Source of the DNA: Actinomycetes bacterium
Lineage (GTDB): Bacteria; Actinomycetota; Thermoleophilia; BMS3ABIN01
Direction: 5' to 3'
Assembly: GCA_024276735.1 (NCBI GenBank)
Contig: JAJRWQ010000042.1
Location: forward strand, 4,563-68,562
Length of the DNA: 64,000 bases
Under the pieces are notes generated by a model. The model was not told the origin of the DNA. It saw only the letters and a program-made list of their open reading frames with translations, and did not search any database. This document shows, piece by piece, positions 9,071-18,875 of this stretch; position 1 is the first letter of the stretch, and every line of letters starts with the position of its first letter. A program made the position numbers and the translations under genes.

Positions 9071-11269
9071 ATGAGCAAGATAATCGCCACATCAGCGATC
9101 GCCGGAGCCCACCAGATCTTCGCCGAGGCGGAGGAGAAACTGAAGCAGGCGATCGACACCGTGGGGCCGGAAGCCGCGGTGGAGCTTCCCAACACCGGGT
9201 ACTACCTGCCGGTGATCTACGGTCTCACCGGCATCCGCGTGGAGAAGGTCAAGGACATGGAGCAGGTGCTGGAGCACGCCCGCGAGCTGCTGCCGGAGAA
9301 GCCGGCGGAGTACCTGTGGACGCCCTACCTGGGCACCACGCTGGACGCCGGCATCGCCACCCTCTTCTCGGAGGAGATCATCGAGTCCCTCAAGTACGTG
9401 CTGGAGCCGGGCACCTACACCGAGACCGACGCTCCCACCGATGACAATCTCTGGCTGGGCGCCGCCGACGACGTGATCATGCGCGAGCGCGGCGTGGAGT
9501 TCGTGGACGGCACCGCCCCCGGCTTCGCCGCCATAACCGGTGCCGCGCCGGACGTGGAGACGGCGGTACAGATCGCCAACGAGCTGAAGCAGAAGATGCT
9601 CTACGTGTCCATCGCCGGCAAGGACCAGGGCGTGAGCTTTGCCGAGCAGCTGGTGGAAGGCGGCGTGGAGCTGGGCTGGAACACGCGCCTGGTGCCCTTC
9701 AGCCCTTCCATCTACGGTCACATTTTCTCCCTGGGCTTCGCCACCCGGGCGGCGCTCTCGTTCGGCGGCGTGGAGGCCGGCGACTACCGCAACGTGCTCC
9801 GGTACAACAAGGAGCGCATCTTCGCCTTCGTGCTGGCCTTCGGCGAGGTCACCGACAAGAAGTACGCCACCGCGGCGGGGGCCATCTCTTACGGCTTCCC
9901 CACCATCGCCGACACGCCGATCCCGGAGATCCTGCCCACCGGCGTCTGCACCTACGAGCACGTGGTGAGCGACGTGCCCCACGACGAGATGGTGGCCAAG
10001 GCCATCGAGGTGCGGGGCCTGAAGGTCGTGGTCACCGAGGTGCCGGTGCCGGTGTCGTACAGCCCCGCCTTCGAGGGCGAGCGCATCCGCAAGGGCGAGT
10101 ACTGGGTGGAGATGGCCGGGCCCAAGTCACTGGGCTGCGAGCTCACCGAGATCGCCGAGGACGTGGAGGACGGCAAGGTGGAAGTGGTGGGTCCCGAGAT
10201 CGACGAGGTGGAGGAGGAGTCCACCATCCCCTTCGGCATCCACGTGGAGGTCACCGGCCGCAAGATGCAGAAGGACTTCGAGCCCATCCTCGAGCGCCAG
10301 GGCCACACCTTCTACAACGAGGCCGAGGGCGTGCTGCACATGGGCCAGCGCGACACCATCTGGATGCGCATCAGCAAGCGCGCCAAGGACGCCGGGCTCA
10401 CCTTCGAGCACCTGGGCAAGATCATCCACGCCCGCTACCACAACGACTTCTCGGCGGTGGTGGACAAGGTGCAGGTGACCATCTACACCCGCCAGGAAGA
10501 GGTGGAGAAGCTGCTGGAGAAGGCGCGCCAGGCCTACCAGGAGCGCGACGAGCGCCTGGGCAGCCTCACCGACGAGAACGTGGACACCTTCTATTCCTGT
10601 ATCCTTTGCCAGAGCTTCGCGCCCACGCACGTCTGCGTGATCACGCCGGAGCGGCCGGGCCTCTGCGGCTCCTACAACTGGCTCGACGGCAAGGCAGCCT
10701 ACGAGATGAACCCCACCGGCGGCAACCAGCCGGTGCCCAAGGGCGAGACCATCGACGCGGAGCGGGGGCAGTGGAGCGGCGTCAACGAGTACGTCAAGGA
10801 GCACTCGCAGGGGCAGGTGGAGGCCTTCAACACCTACTCGATGATGGAGAACCCCATGACCTCCTGCGGCTGCTTCGAGGTGATCAGCTGCGTACTGCCC
10901 ATGTGTAACGGCATCATGACCGTCAACCGCGAGTTCGAGGGGGAGACCCCTTCGGGCATGAAGTTCTCCACGCTGGCCGGCTCCGTGGGCGGCGGCGTGC
11001 AGACGCCCGGGTTCCTGGGTCACTCCAAGTTCTACATGGGGTCGCCCAAGTTCATCGCCGCCGACGGCGGCATCAAGCGCCTGGTGTGGATGCCCAAGGA
11101 GCTCAAGGAAGAGATCCGGGACATCCTCCAGAAGGCGGCGGAGCGCGAAGGCGTTCCCGACCTGGTGGACAAGATCGCCACCGAGGAGGACGGCGTCGAG
11201 GAGGAAGAGGTGCTGGAATACCTCACCAAGGTGGGTCATCCGGCGCTGGAGATGGATCCCCTGTTCTGA
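9071..11269 (+). CDS. acsB: Acetyl-CoA synthase
   Basis: PNTGYYLP, CILCQSFAP, ERPGLCG and PMTSCGCFE A-cluster motifs. Confidence 0.97.
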   Translation: MSKIIATSAIAGAHQIFAEAEEKLKQAIDTVGPEAAVELPNTGYYLPVIYGLTGIRVEKVKDMEQVLEHARELLPEKPAEYLWTPYLGTTLDAGIATLFSEEIIESLKYVLEPGTYTETDAPTDDNLWLGAADDVIMRERGVEFVDGTAPGFAAITGAAPDVETAVQIANELKQKMLYVSIAGKDQGVSFAEQLVEGGVELGWNTRLVPFSPSIYGHIFSLGFATRAALSFGGVEAGDYRNVLRYNKERIFAFVLAFGEVTDKKYATAAGAISYGFPTIADTPIPEILPTGVCTYEHVVSDVPHDEMVAKAIEVRGLKVVVTEVPVPVSYSPAFEGERIRKGEYWVEMAGPKSLGCELTEIAEDVEDGKVEVVGPEIDEVEEESTIPFGIHVEVTGRKMQKDFEPILERQGHTFYNEAEGVLHMGQRDTIWMRISKRAKDAGLTFEHLGKIIHARYHNDFSAVVDKVQVTIYTRQEEVEKLLEKARQAYQERDERLGSLTDENVDTFYSCILCQSFAPTHVCVITPERPGLCGSYNWLDGKAAYEMNPTGGNQPVPKGETIDAERGQWSGVNEYVKEHSQGQVEAFNTYSMMENPMTSCGCFEVISCVLPMCNGIMTVNREFEGETPSGMKFSTLAGSVGGGVQTPGFLGHSKFYMGSPKFIAADGGIKRLVWMPKELKEEIRDILQKAAEREGVPDLVDKIATEEDGVEEEEVLEYLTKVGHPALEMDPLF

Positions 11270-11391
11270 CCGTTCCGGCCTCGCCGGTGGAAAAACGTAC
11301 ATGCCGTGCGTACGGCGGGCGGGCAAGGCTGCGGCTTAACGGCTGCCGCCGGTGATGAAAACTGTTGTCTGTGGAGAAGGGAGTGTAACCA

Positions 11392-12738
11392 GTGGCACTC
11401 AGCGGGCTGCAAATATTCAAGCTGCTTCCCAAGACCAACTGCAAGGAGTGCGGCCAGGCCACCTGCATGGCGTTCGCCATGCAACTCGCCGCCGGCAAGG
11501 CGGAGCTGGACCAGTGCCCCTACGTCTCCGACGAGGCGAAGGCGGAGCTGGGCGAGGCCTCGGCGCCGCCGGTGCGCCGGGTGACCATCGGCGCCGGCGA
11601 CATGGCGGTGACCATCGGCGAGGAGACGGTGCTCTACCGGCACGAGAAGCGCTTCGAGCACATGCCGGGGCTGGGCGTGCTCATCAGCGACGAGATGGAC
11701 GACGCCGAGGTGGACGGTATCCTCGAGCAGCTGTCCCAGCAGGAATTCAACTACGTGGGCCAGACGCTGCGGCCGCGGGTGGCGGCGGTGAAGGCCGCCG
11801 ACGGCGCGGCGCTGGCGGCACTGGCGGCCAAGGCGGACGAGAAGGCGGGCGCGGCGCTGGTGCTGGTGAGCGAGGACGCGGAGGCGCTCAAGCAGGCGGC
11901 GGAGCCGCTCAAGGACAAGAAGCCGCTGCTCTACGCGGCCACCGAGTCCAACTTCGACGCCGTCTCCGCGGTGGCCAAGGAGCTGGACGTTCCCTTCGCC
12001 ATCAAGGCCGATTCCCTGGACGCGCTGGCGGACCTGGGACAGAAGGCCGTCGACGGCGACTTCAAGGAAGTGGTGCTGGATCCCTCCTCGGCCACGCTGG
12101 GCGAGGTGCTCAGGGACCAGACGCTGATCCGCCGGGCGGCGGTGAAGCAGACCTTCCGGCCCTTTGGTTTCCCCACCATCGGCTTTCCCTGCAACATGAC
12201 CGACGACAAGATGCAGGAAGCCGTCTTTGCTTCCACCTTCATCGCTAAGTACGCCGGTTTGGTGATCCTCTCCGATCTCGACCCGGCGCGGACCATGCCG
12301 CTGCTCTACCTGGCGCAGAACATCTACACCGATCCGCAGCGGCCGATGCAGATGGACCAGGGCATCTATCCCATCAACGACCCGGACGAGAACGCGCCCA
12401 TCCTGGTGACCACCAACTTCTCGCTCACCTACTTCACCGTCTCCTCGGAAGTGGAGGCCAGCAAGGTGCCCGCGTGGCTCTGCGTGATGGACGTGGAGGG
12501 CCAGTCGGTACTCACCGCCTGGGCGGCGGGCAAGTTCGTCGCCGACGCCATCGCCCCCTTCCTGAAGAAGAGCGGCATCGAGGAGAAGGCGCCGCACAAG
12601 AAGGTGACCATCCCCGGTTACGTGGCGCAGATCTCCGGCGAGCTGGAAGAGGAGCTGGGCGAGGGCTGGCAGGTGCAGGTGGGCGTGCGCGAGGCCGCCG
12701 ACATTCCCAAGTACCTGAAGCAGATCAGCGAAAACTGA
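11392..12738 (+). CDS. acsC: Corrinoid Fe-S protein large subunit
   Basis: LPKTNCKECG..TC..FA, IYTDPQRP, TTNFSLTY and SVLTAWAAGKF motifs. Confidence 0.96.
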   Translation: MALSGLQIFKLLPKTNCKECGQATCMAFAMQLAAGKAELDQCPYVSDEAKAELGEASAPPVRRVTIGAGDMAVTIGEETVLYRHEKRFEHMPGLGVLISDEMDDAEVDGILEQLSQQEFNYVGQTLRPRVAAVKAADGAALAALAAKADEKAGAALVLVSEDAEALKQAAEPLKDKKPLLYAATESNFDAVSAVAKELDVPFAIKADSLDALADLGQKAVDGDFKEVVLDPSSATLGEVLRDQTLIRRAAVKQTFRPFGFPTIGFPCNMTDDKMQEAVFASTFIAKYAGLVILSDLDPARTMPLLYLAQNIYTDPQRPMQMDQGIYPINDPDENAPILVTTNFSLTYFTVSSEVEASKVPAWLCVMDVEGQSVLTAWAAGKFVADAIAPFLKKSGIEEKAPHKKVTIPGYVAQISGELEEELGEGWQVQVGVREAADIPKYLKQISEN

Positions 12739-12805
12739 GGCACGGCTGGGCGGCGGAAGCAGGTGCGGCCACTGATGCCGCCGGCGTCCGTCGCCGGCAG
12801 GAGAG

Positions 12806-14815
12806 ATGGCTGACATTCCCACCATAACCAGGAGTGTTTCCCGGCCGGTCTCCGGGGACGAGGCGCTGCGCCCGCCCTGCGAGGTGGCCTGCCCGATCCA
12901 TACCGACGTCCAGCGTTACGTGCAGCTGGTGGCCGAGGGCAAGCCGGCGGCGGCGCTGGCGGTGGTGCGGGAGACCAACCCCCTGCCCCAGGTGATCGGC
13001 CGCATCTGCGCCCATCCCTGCGAGGACAGCTGCCGCCGGGGACAGGTGGACGAGCCGGTGGCCATCTGCAATCTCAAGCGCGCCGCCTCCGACGGCGCCG
13101 CGGCGGCCGGCGAAGTACCGCCACCGCCCGAGCCCCAGTACGGCGACAAGCGGGTGGCGGTGATCGGCTCCGGCCCCTCGGGGCTGGCGGCGGCGCACGA
13201 CCTGGCGCTGATGGGGATTCGCTCGGTGATCTTTGAAAAACAGCCGGAACCGGGGGGCTTCCTGCGCACCGGCATCCTCGAGTACCGCCTGCCCAAGGAG
13301 ATTCTCGACCAGGACATCGCGTACATCACCGGCATGGGCGTGGAGATCAAGACCGGTGTTTCCGTGGGCAGCGACGTCACCCTGCCCCAGCTCCGGGAGG
13401 AGTTCGACGCCGTGCTCATCGCCGTGGGGCTCTCCCGCAGCCGCCCGCTGCCCATCCCCGGCGCCGACCTGGAGGGGGTGCTCCTCGCGGTGCCCTTCCT
13501 GGAGGACGTGAACGCCGGCCGCGAGGTGAAGCTGGGCGAGGAGATCATCGTCATCGGCGGCGGCAACGTGGCCATCGACGTGGCCCGCTCGGCCCGGCGG
13601 CTCTCGGGGGGCAAGGTGACCATGGTTTGCCTGGAGGCGGACCACGAGATGCCGGCCCATCCCTGGGAGATCGAGGACGCCGTGAGCGAGGGCATCGAGA
13701 TCATCTGCAGCCAGGGGCCGAACCGCATCGTCGGCGACGGGCGGGTCGAGGGCCTGGAGATGAAGAAGTGCGAGTCGGTCTTCGACGAGCAGGGGCGCTT
13801 TGCCCCCACCTTCTGCGAGACCTAGCTCTCCACCCTGCCCGGGGACACGGTGATCATCGCCATCGGCCAGATGTCGGATCTCTCCTTCGTGGACGACGGC
13901 GGGCCGCGCCTGGACGAGCGGGGGCTGCTGGTCTTCGACGCCGACCGCCAGGCCACCACCAGCCCCGACGTCTTTGCCAGCGGTGAGGTGGTGACCGGCC
14001 CCGGCGCTGCCGTGAACGCCATCGCCAGCGGCAAGCGCGCCGCCGTGGCCATCGCCCGTTACCTGGGGGTGGCGGCGGCGGAGCTGCCCGATCCCGACCC
14101 CATCGGCGAGCTGCCGAAAAGGCTGCGCGAGGGCTACGTGAAGCCGGCGCCGCGGCGGCGGATGCCGGCGCGCGACAGCAAGGAGCGCATCGAGGATTTC
14201 CAGGAGGTGGAGCTGGGATTCGCGGAGGTGGACGCCCGCTGCGAGGCCTCCCGCTGCCTGCTTTGTGGCAGCGGCGCCCGTTACTCGCAGCTCAAGTGCG
14301 TTTCCTGCCTCACCTGCGTGCGTGTCTGTCCCTACGGGGCGCCGTGGGCCGACAAGGATGGCCTGGGGGGCATCGATCCCGCGGCCTGCCAGGCCTGCGG
14401 CATCTGTTACACCCAGTGCCCCGCCAAGGCGATCGACCTGGAAGTGCGCAGCGAGGAGCAGGTGCTGGCGGAGATCGAGGAAAAGCTCGCCGGCGGCGGT
14501 GAGCTGGAGATCGGCTGCTGGTATCCCCAGTCGCGGGTGGCGCCCGATGCCGCGGCGGTGCTGCTTCCCTGCACCGCCCGCGTGAGCGTGCTGATGCTTT
14601 TGAGGGCGCTGGAGGCGGGGGCGGAGAAGGTTTACGTGGCCGTCTGCAGCGACGACGATGACGGCCACTTCAAGCACGGCCACCGGCAGACGCAGGCGGC
14701 GGTGGCGGAGGCGCGGGCGGCGCTGGAGGACATCGAGATGGACCCGGACGCCATCGAGCTGGTGGTAGTGGGAGAGAAGAAGTGCCTCCAGGGCAAGGGA
14801 GCGCCGGAAAAGTGA
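12806..14815 (+). CDS. GltD/HdrL-like FAD oxidoreductase fused to a 2x[4Fe-4S] ferredoxin and an MvhD-like domain; one in-frame TAG at 13823-13825
   Basis: ORFs 12806..13825 and 13850..14815 are in the same frame and read FCET*LSTLPGDTVIIAIGQ; motifs PC..ACP, GRICAHPCE, GSGPSGL, GGGNVAID, CVSCLTCVRVCP, CQACGIC..CP, PCTARV. Confidence 0.8.
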
Positions 14816-14858
14816 CGCCGGGCCGCCCGGCACGACCAAGGGAGCATTGCGGTAACCG

Positions 14859-15527
14859 ATGATAGTTGCCAAGCCAAAACCATTTCGCAAGATCAAGCAG
14901 TTCACCGATCCCTACCAGAACATCCTGGTGGTGGGATGCAATACCTGCGTCGCCGTCTGCCTCACCGGCGGCGAGAAGGAGGCGGAGCAGCTGGCGGCCA
15001 AGATCCGCTTGCACCGCCGCCGGGAGGGGCTGGGGGGCACGGTGGACACGGTGACGGTGCTCCGGCAGTGCGAGCATGAGTACATCGAGGAGATAAAGGA
15101 CGAGGTGGAAGGCCGGGATCTCATCCTCTCCACCGCCTGCAGCATCGGGCCGCAGGCGCTGGCCGAGCGCTACCAGGACGTGCGGGTGGTGCCGGGAATG
15201 AACACCAAGATGCTGGGCATGGTGAAGGAGCACCACACCTGGAGCGAGTACTGCGTGGCCTGCGGCGACTGCGTGCTGCACAAGACCGGCGGGCTCTGTC
15301 CCATCGCCCGCTGCGCCAAGGAGCTGCTGAACGGCCCCTGCGGCGGCTCCCAGGGAGGTCGCTGCGAGATCTCGCCCGAGGTGGAGTGCATCTGGCAGTC
15401 GATCCACGATCGCCTCAAGCGGCTGGGGATGGAGAATGACCTGAAGAAGATCCTGGGGCCGCGGAACTGGTCCTGGTCCAAGCACGGGGGCCCGCGGACC
15501 TTCCACAAGGAAGGATTCAAGCCATGA
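14859..15527 (+). CDS. metV: Methylene-THF reductase small subunit MetV
   Basis: GC..C...C, CVACGDC, CPIARCAK.LLNGPCGG and ECIW motifs; overlaps the metF start. Confidence 0.9.
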   Translation: MIVAKPKPFRKIKQFTDPYQNILVVGCNTCVAVCLTGGEKEAEQLAAKIRLHRRREGLGGTVDTVTVLRQCEHEYIEEIKDEVEGRDLILSTACSIGPQALAERYQDVRVVPGMNTKMLGMVKEHHTWSEYCVACGDCVLHKTGGLCPIARCAKELLNGPCGGSQGGRCEISPEVECIWQSIHDRLKRLGMENDLKKILGPRNWSWSKHGGPRTFHKEGFKP

Positions 15528-16444
15528 AGTCCGGTTCCACCCTGGAAAAGGTACTGGTGGCGGGGAACTTCGCGGTCACCGCCGAGCTGGGACCGCCCAA
15601 GGGCGCCGACGCCCAGGTGATCATCGACAAGGCCCGCATCCTCTCGGGGCACGTCGACGCGGTGAACATCACCGACAACCAGACGGCCATCGCCCGCATG
15701 AGCAGCATGGCGGCGGCGAAGCTGGTGATCGAGCAGGGGATGGAGCCGATCATGCAGATGACCTGCCGCGACCGCAACCGCCTGGCGATGCAGGCCGACA
15801 TCCTGGGGGCTGCCGCCCTGGGGGTGAAGAACCTGCTCTGCCTCACCGGTGACCACCAGAGCTTCGGCAACCATCCCAAGTCCAAGGGTGTCTACGACCT
15901 GGACTCGGTGACCCTGGTGCGGATGGTCAAGGACATGCGCGACGTCCCCGCCTTCCAGTGCGGCGAGGAGATCACCGTGGCGCCGGAGCTGTTCATCGGC
16001 GCCGCCGCCAACCCTTACGCCGATCCCTTCCCCTTCCGGGCGATCCGCCTGGCCAAGAAGGTGGAGGCGGGCATCGACTTCGTGCAGACCCAGATCGTCT
16101 ACAATACCGAAAAGTTCGCGGAGTTCATGGCCCAGTGCCGGGAACTGGGCATCACCGAGAGGTGCCACATTCTCGCCGGCGTGGCGCCGCTGAAGAGCGC
16201 CGGCATGGCCAAGTACATGAAGAACCGCGTCGCCGGCATGGACGTGCCCGACGCGGTGGTGAAGCGCATGGAGGACGCCACCGACGCCGCCGAGGAGGGC
16301 ATCGACATCTGCGTGGAGATCATCGAGCAGGTGCGCGCCGTGGAGGGCGTTTCCGGCGTGCACATCATGGCGGTGGAATGGGAAGAGGCGGTGCCGGAGA
16401 TAACCGCCCGCGCCGGGCTGAAACCGGGATCGGCATCGTTGTAG
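15524..16444 (+). CDS. metF: Methylene-THF reductase
   Basis: ELGPPKG, NITDN, CRDRNR and LTGDH motifs. Confidence 0.95.
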   Translation: MKSGSTLEKVLVAGNFAVTAELGPPKGADAQVIIDKARILSGHVDAVNITDNQTAIARMSSMAAAKLVIEQGMEPIMQMTCRDRNRLAMQADILGAAALGVKNLLCLTGDHQSFGNHPKSKGVYDLDSVTLVRMVKDMRDVPAFQCGEEITVAPELFIGAAANPYADPFPFRAIRLAKKVEAGIDFVQTQIVYNTEKFAEFMAQCRELGITERCHILAGVAPLKSAGMAKYMKNRVAGMDVPDAVVKRMEDATDAAEEGIDICVEIIEQVRAVEGVSGVHIMAVEWEEAVPEITARAGLKPGSASL

Positions 16445-16575
16445 AATACTAGGCCACGGTTCCCGGCCGCCGGACCCGGTGACATCTGCGCCGGGCGGTG
16501 CCGGAAGGGCAACGGCGCCCGCGATCACCCCGGCGCCCCGGGGCCGACATCAAACCAGCTTTCAAGGAGGACGTG

Positions 16576-17364
16576 TTGAAGACCATAGCCGAGAACATCA
16601 ACGTGATGTCCAAGAGCATCGGCGCGGCGATGAAGGACCGCGACCCGGGGCCGATCCAGGAGATGGCCAAGCGCTGCACCGAGGCCGGCGCCGACCTGCT
16701 GGACATCAACCTGGGGCCGGCGCGCAAGGACGGGCCGGAGATGATGGAGTGGGTGGTGAACACGGTGCAGGAGGTCTCCGACCTCCAGCTCTGCCTGGAC
16801 ACCAGCAACCACGAGGCGATGGAGGCCGGCATCCAGGCCTGCAAGAAGCCGCCGCTGCTCAACTCGTTCAGCGCCCAGCCGGACAAGATGGAGGACATCC
16901 TGCCGCTGGCGGCGAAGTACGACTGCGAGATCATCGGCCTCACCATGTCCACCCACATTCCCATCGATACCGACGAGCGCATCGCCATCGCCTACGAGAT
17001 CGTCGCCGCCGCCAACGAGCTGGGCATCCCCAACGAGCGCATCTGGATCGATCCCATCATCCTGCCCATCGGCGTCGAGGTGGGCCAGGCGCACGCGGTG
17101 GCGGTGCAGGAGGTGCTGAAGATGCTGCCGGAGGTCTTCGATCCGCCGGTGCAGACAACCTGTGGCCTTTCAAATACCTCCAACGGCGCCCCGGACGAGT
17201 TGCGCAGCGCCATCGACCGGGCCTTCCTGCCGATGCTGGCCGCCTGCGGCCTCACCTCGGCGATCGTCAACGCCTGCGACCCGGAGATGATGCGCACGGT
17301 GCGGCTGATCAACGCCCTCCGGAACGAGTCGCTTTATTCAGTTTCCGACGCCGAGCTCAAGTAG
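16576..17364 (+). CDS. acsE: Methyl-THF:corrinoid protein methyltransferase (pterin-binding)
   Basis: IAENIN, LDINLG, LCLDT, INS-like NSFS, IDP and GLSN.S motifs; AAGGAGG RBS. Confidence 0.9.
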   Translation: MKTIAENINVMSKSIGAAMKDRDPGPIQEMAKRCTEAGADLLDINLGPARKDGPEMMEWVVNTVQEVSDLQLCLDTSNHEAMEAGIQACKKPPLLNSFSAQPDKMEDILPLAAKYDCEIIGLTMSTHIPIDTDERIAIAYEIVAAANELGIPNERIWIDPIILPIGVEVGQAHAVAVQEVLKMLPEVFDPPVQTTCGLSNTSNGAPDELRSAIDRAFLPMLAACGLTSAIVNACDPEMMRTVRLINALRNESLYSVSDAELK

Positions 17365-17401
17365 CCGGCGCGGGTAGCGGCGGAAGAGAGTACGGCAGCG
17401 G

Positions 17402-18769
17402 ATGGCCACCAGCGCAGCGGACATCATCGATTCCATGAGCGGCAGCCCGCTGGCCGAGGTGCTCAGGGAGCTGCAGCGGCAGCAGGGCTTTCTCGGGGAG
17501 GAAGCGCTGGAGCTGCTGGCGCGCCAGCGGCGGGCTTCGCTGACCCAGGTCTACGCGGTGGCGGCGTCTTTCCCGGGCCTGGTGTTCGACGAGAAGGCGG
17601 AGCGGGCGCGCCCGGGGCTGCCGGAGGCAGATGAACCCGATTTCTTCAGCCGGGTGGTAGAGCCGGAAGCGGCGGCGGTGCTCACGCGCGGCCCCCTGGC
17701 GGCGCGTTTCGAGGACCCGCCGGCGGACCTGGAGGCGTATCGCCGAAGCGGCGGCCTGGAGGCGCTGGCGCGGGCGCGGGAGATAAAGCCGGAGCAGGTG
17801 CTCTCCGAGGTGGTGCTGGGAAAGATCACCCGCAACACCGCCGGCTGGCAACGGGCGGCGACGGCGCTCGAACCCCCGGTGATCGTCGCCAACGCCTGTG
17901 CCGGCGACCCGGTGGCGGGCCAGGCCCAGAAGCTGCTGGCGGCGGACGCCTGGGCGGTGCTGGAGGGCATGTTCATCGCCTCGCTGGCGCTGGGCGCCGA
18001 GCGCGGCTTCGTCTACGTGGACCCGGGATCGGCAGAGCGCTGCCGCTCGCTGGCCTCCGTGGCGAAGGCGATGATGGAAGCCTGGGAGCCCGGTTTCCGG
18101 GTGGAGGTCTTTTGCGGCCCCCGCAGCCTGGTGGGCTCCGAGGAGAGCGCGGTGCTGGCGGCCATCGAGGGACGGCGGCCGCTGGCGGGAAAGGCTTCCG
18201 AGGAAGAATTGAGCCTTTGGGGCGGGCCGGTGCTGGTGGACGGCGTGGAGGTTTTCGCCGCCATCACCGCCGTTCTCGCCAGTGGCGAGCGGGTGGATAC
18301 GCGCCTCTACCAGGTATCCGGCGCCGTGGTGGAACGGCCCGGGATCGTGGAGGCGACGCCCTCGGTGACGGTGCGGGAGCTGATGGAGACGGCGGGCGCC
18401 GAGGCCGGCGCCGAGGCGCTGCTGGGCGGCCTGTCGGGCGTGTTTCTCACCGAGGGCGAGCTGGACCAGGCGGTGGGCGAGCTGGAGACGGCGGACAACC
18501 CCCGCTGGCGCACGGTGCACGTGCTCAGGGACCGGCGCGATATCTATCCCATCGCCGTGCAGTCGGCGGCCTACAACGCCGCCGGCCTTTGCGGTTACTG
18601 CGTGCCCTGCCGTATCGGCTCGGCACGCATGGCGGAGATGCTGGAGCACTATCCGCTGGACGTGCAGGCGCTTGAGCAGGTAGCGGCGCTCGTGGTAAAA
18701 ACAGGCATCTGCAGCGCCGGCCGCGGTGCCGCCGGCATGGTGGCGTCGGCGCTGAAACACATCGTCTAA
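17402..18769 (+). CDS. Degenerate NuoE/NuoF (HydB-like) fusion retaining the C-terminal [4Fe-4S] motif
   Basis: NuoE-like N-terminal helix (LRELQRQQGFL...VYAVAASFP); NuoF-like Y.RSGG..AL and GSEESAVL..IEG; CGYCVPCR...ICS. Confidence 0.75.
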   Translation: MATSAADIIDSMSGSPLAEVLRELQRQQGFLGEEALELLARQRRASLTQVYAVAASFPGLVFDEKAERARPGLPEADEPDFFSRVVEPEAAAVLTRGPLAARFEDPPADLEAYRRSGGLEALARAREIKPEQVLSEVVLGKITRNTAGWQRAATALEPPVIVANACAGDPVAGQAQKLLAADAWAVLEGMFIASLALGAERGFVYVDPGSAERCRSLASVAKAMMEAWEPGFRVEVFCGPRSLVGSEESAVLAAIEGRRPLAGKASEEELSLWGGPVLVDGVEVFAAITAVLASGERVDTRLYQVSGAVVERPGIVEATPSVTVRELMETAGAEAGAEALLGGLSGVFLTEGELDQAVGELETADNPRWRTVHVLRDRRDIYPIAVQSAAYNAAGLCGYCVPCRIGSARMAEMLEHYPLDVQALEQVAALVVKTGICSAGRGAAGMVASALKHIV

Positions 18770-18875
18770 AGCAAAAAGTTCCGGCGAGGTTGCTCGCTTG
18801 CGGTCGAACCCGCGAGGCGGCTGGTTCCGCCGCAAGCCAGCGGGGCCGGGCCGGAACCGGAGCCAAGAGGAGGCC

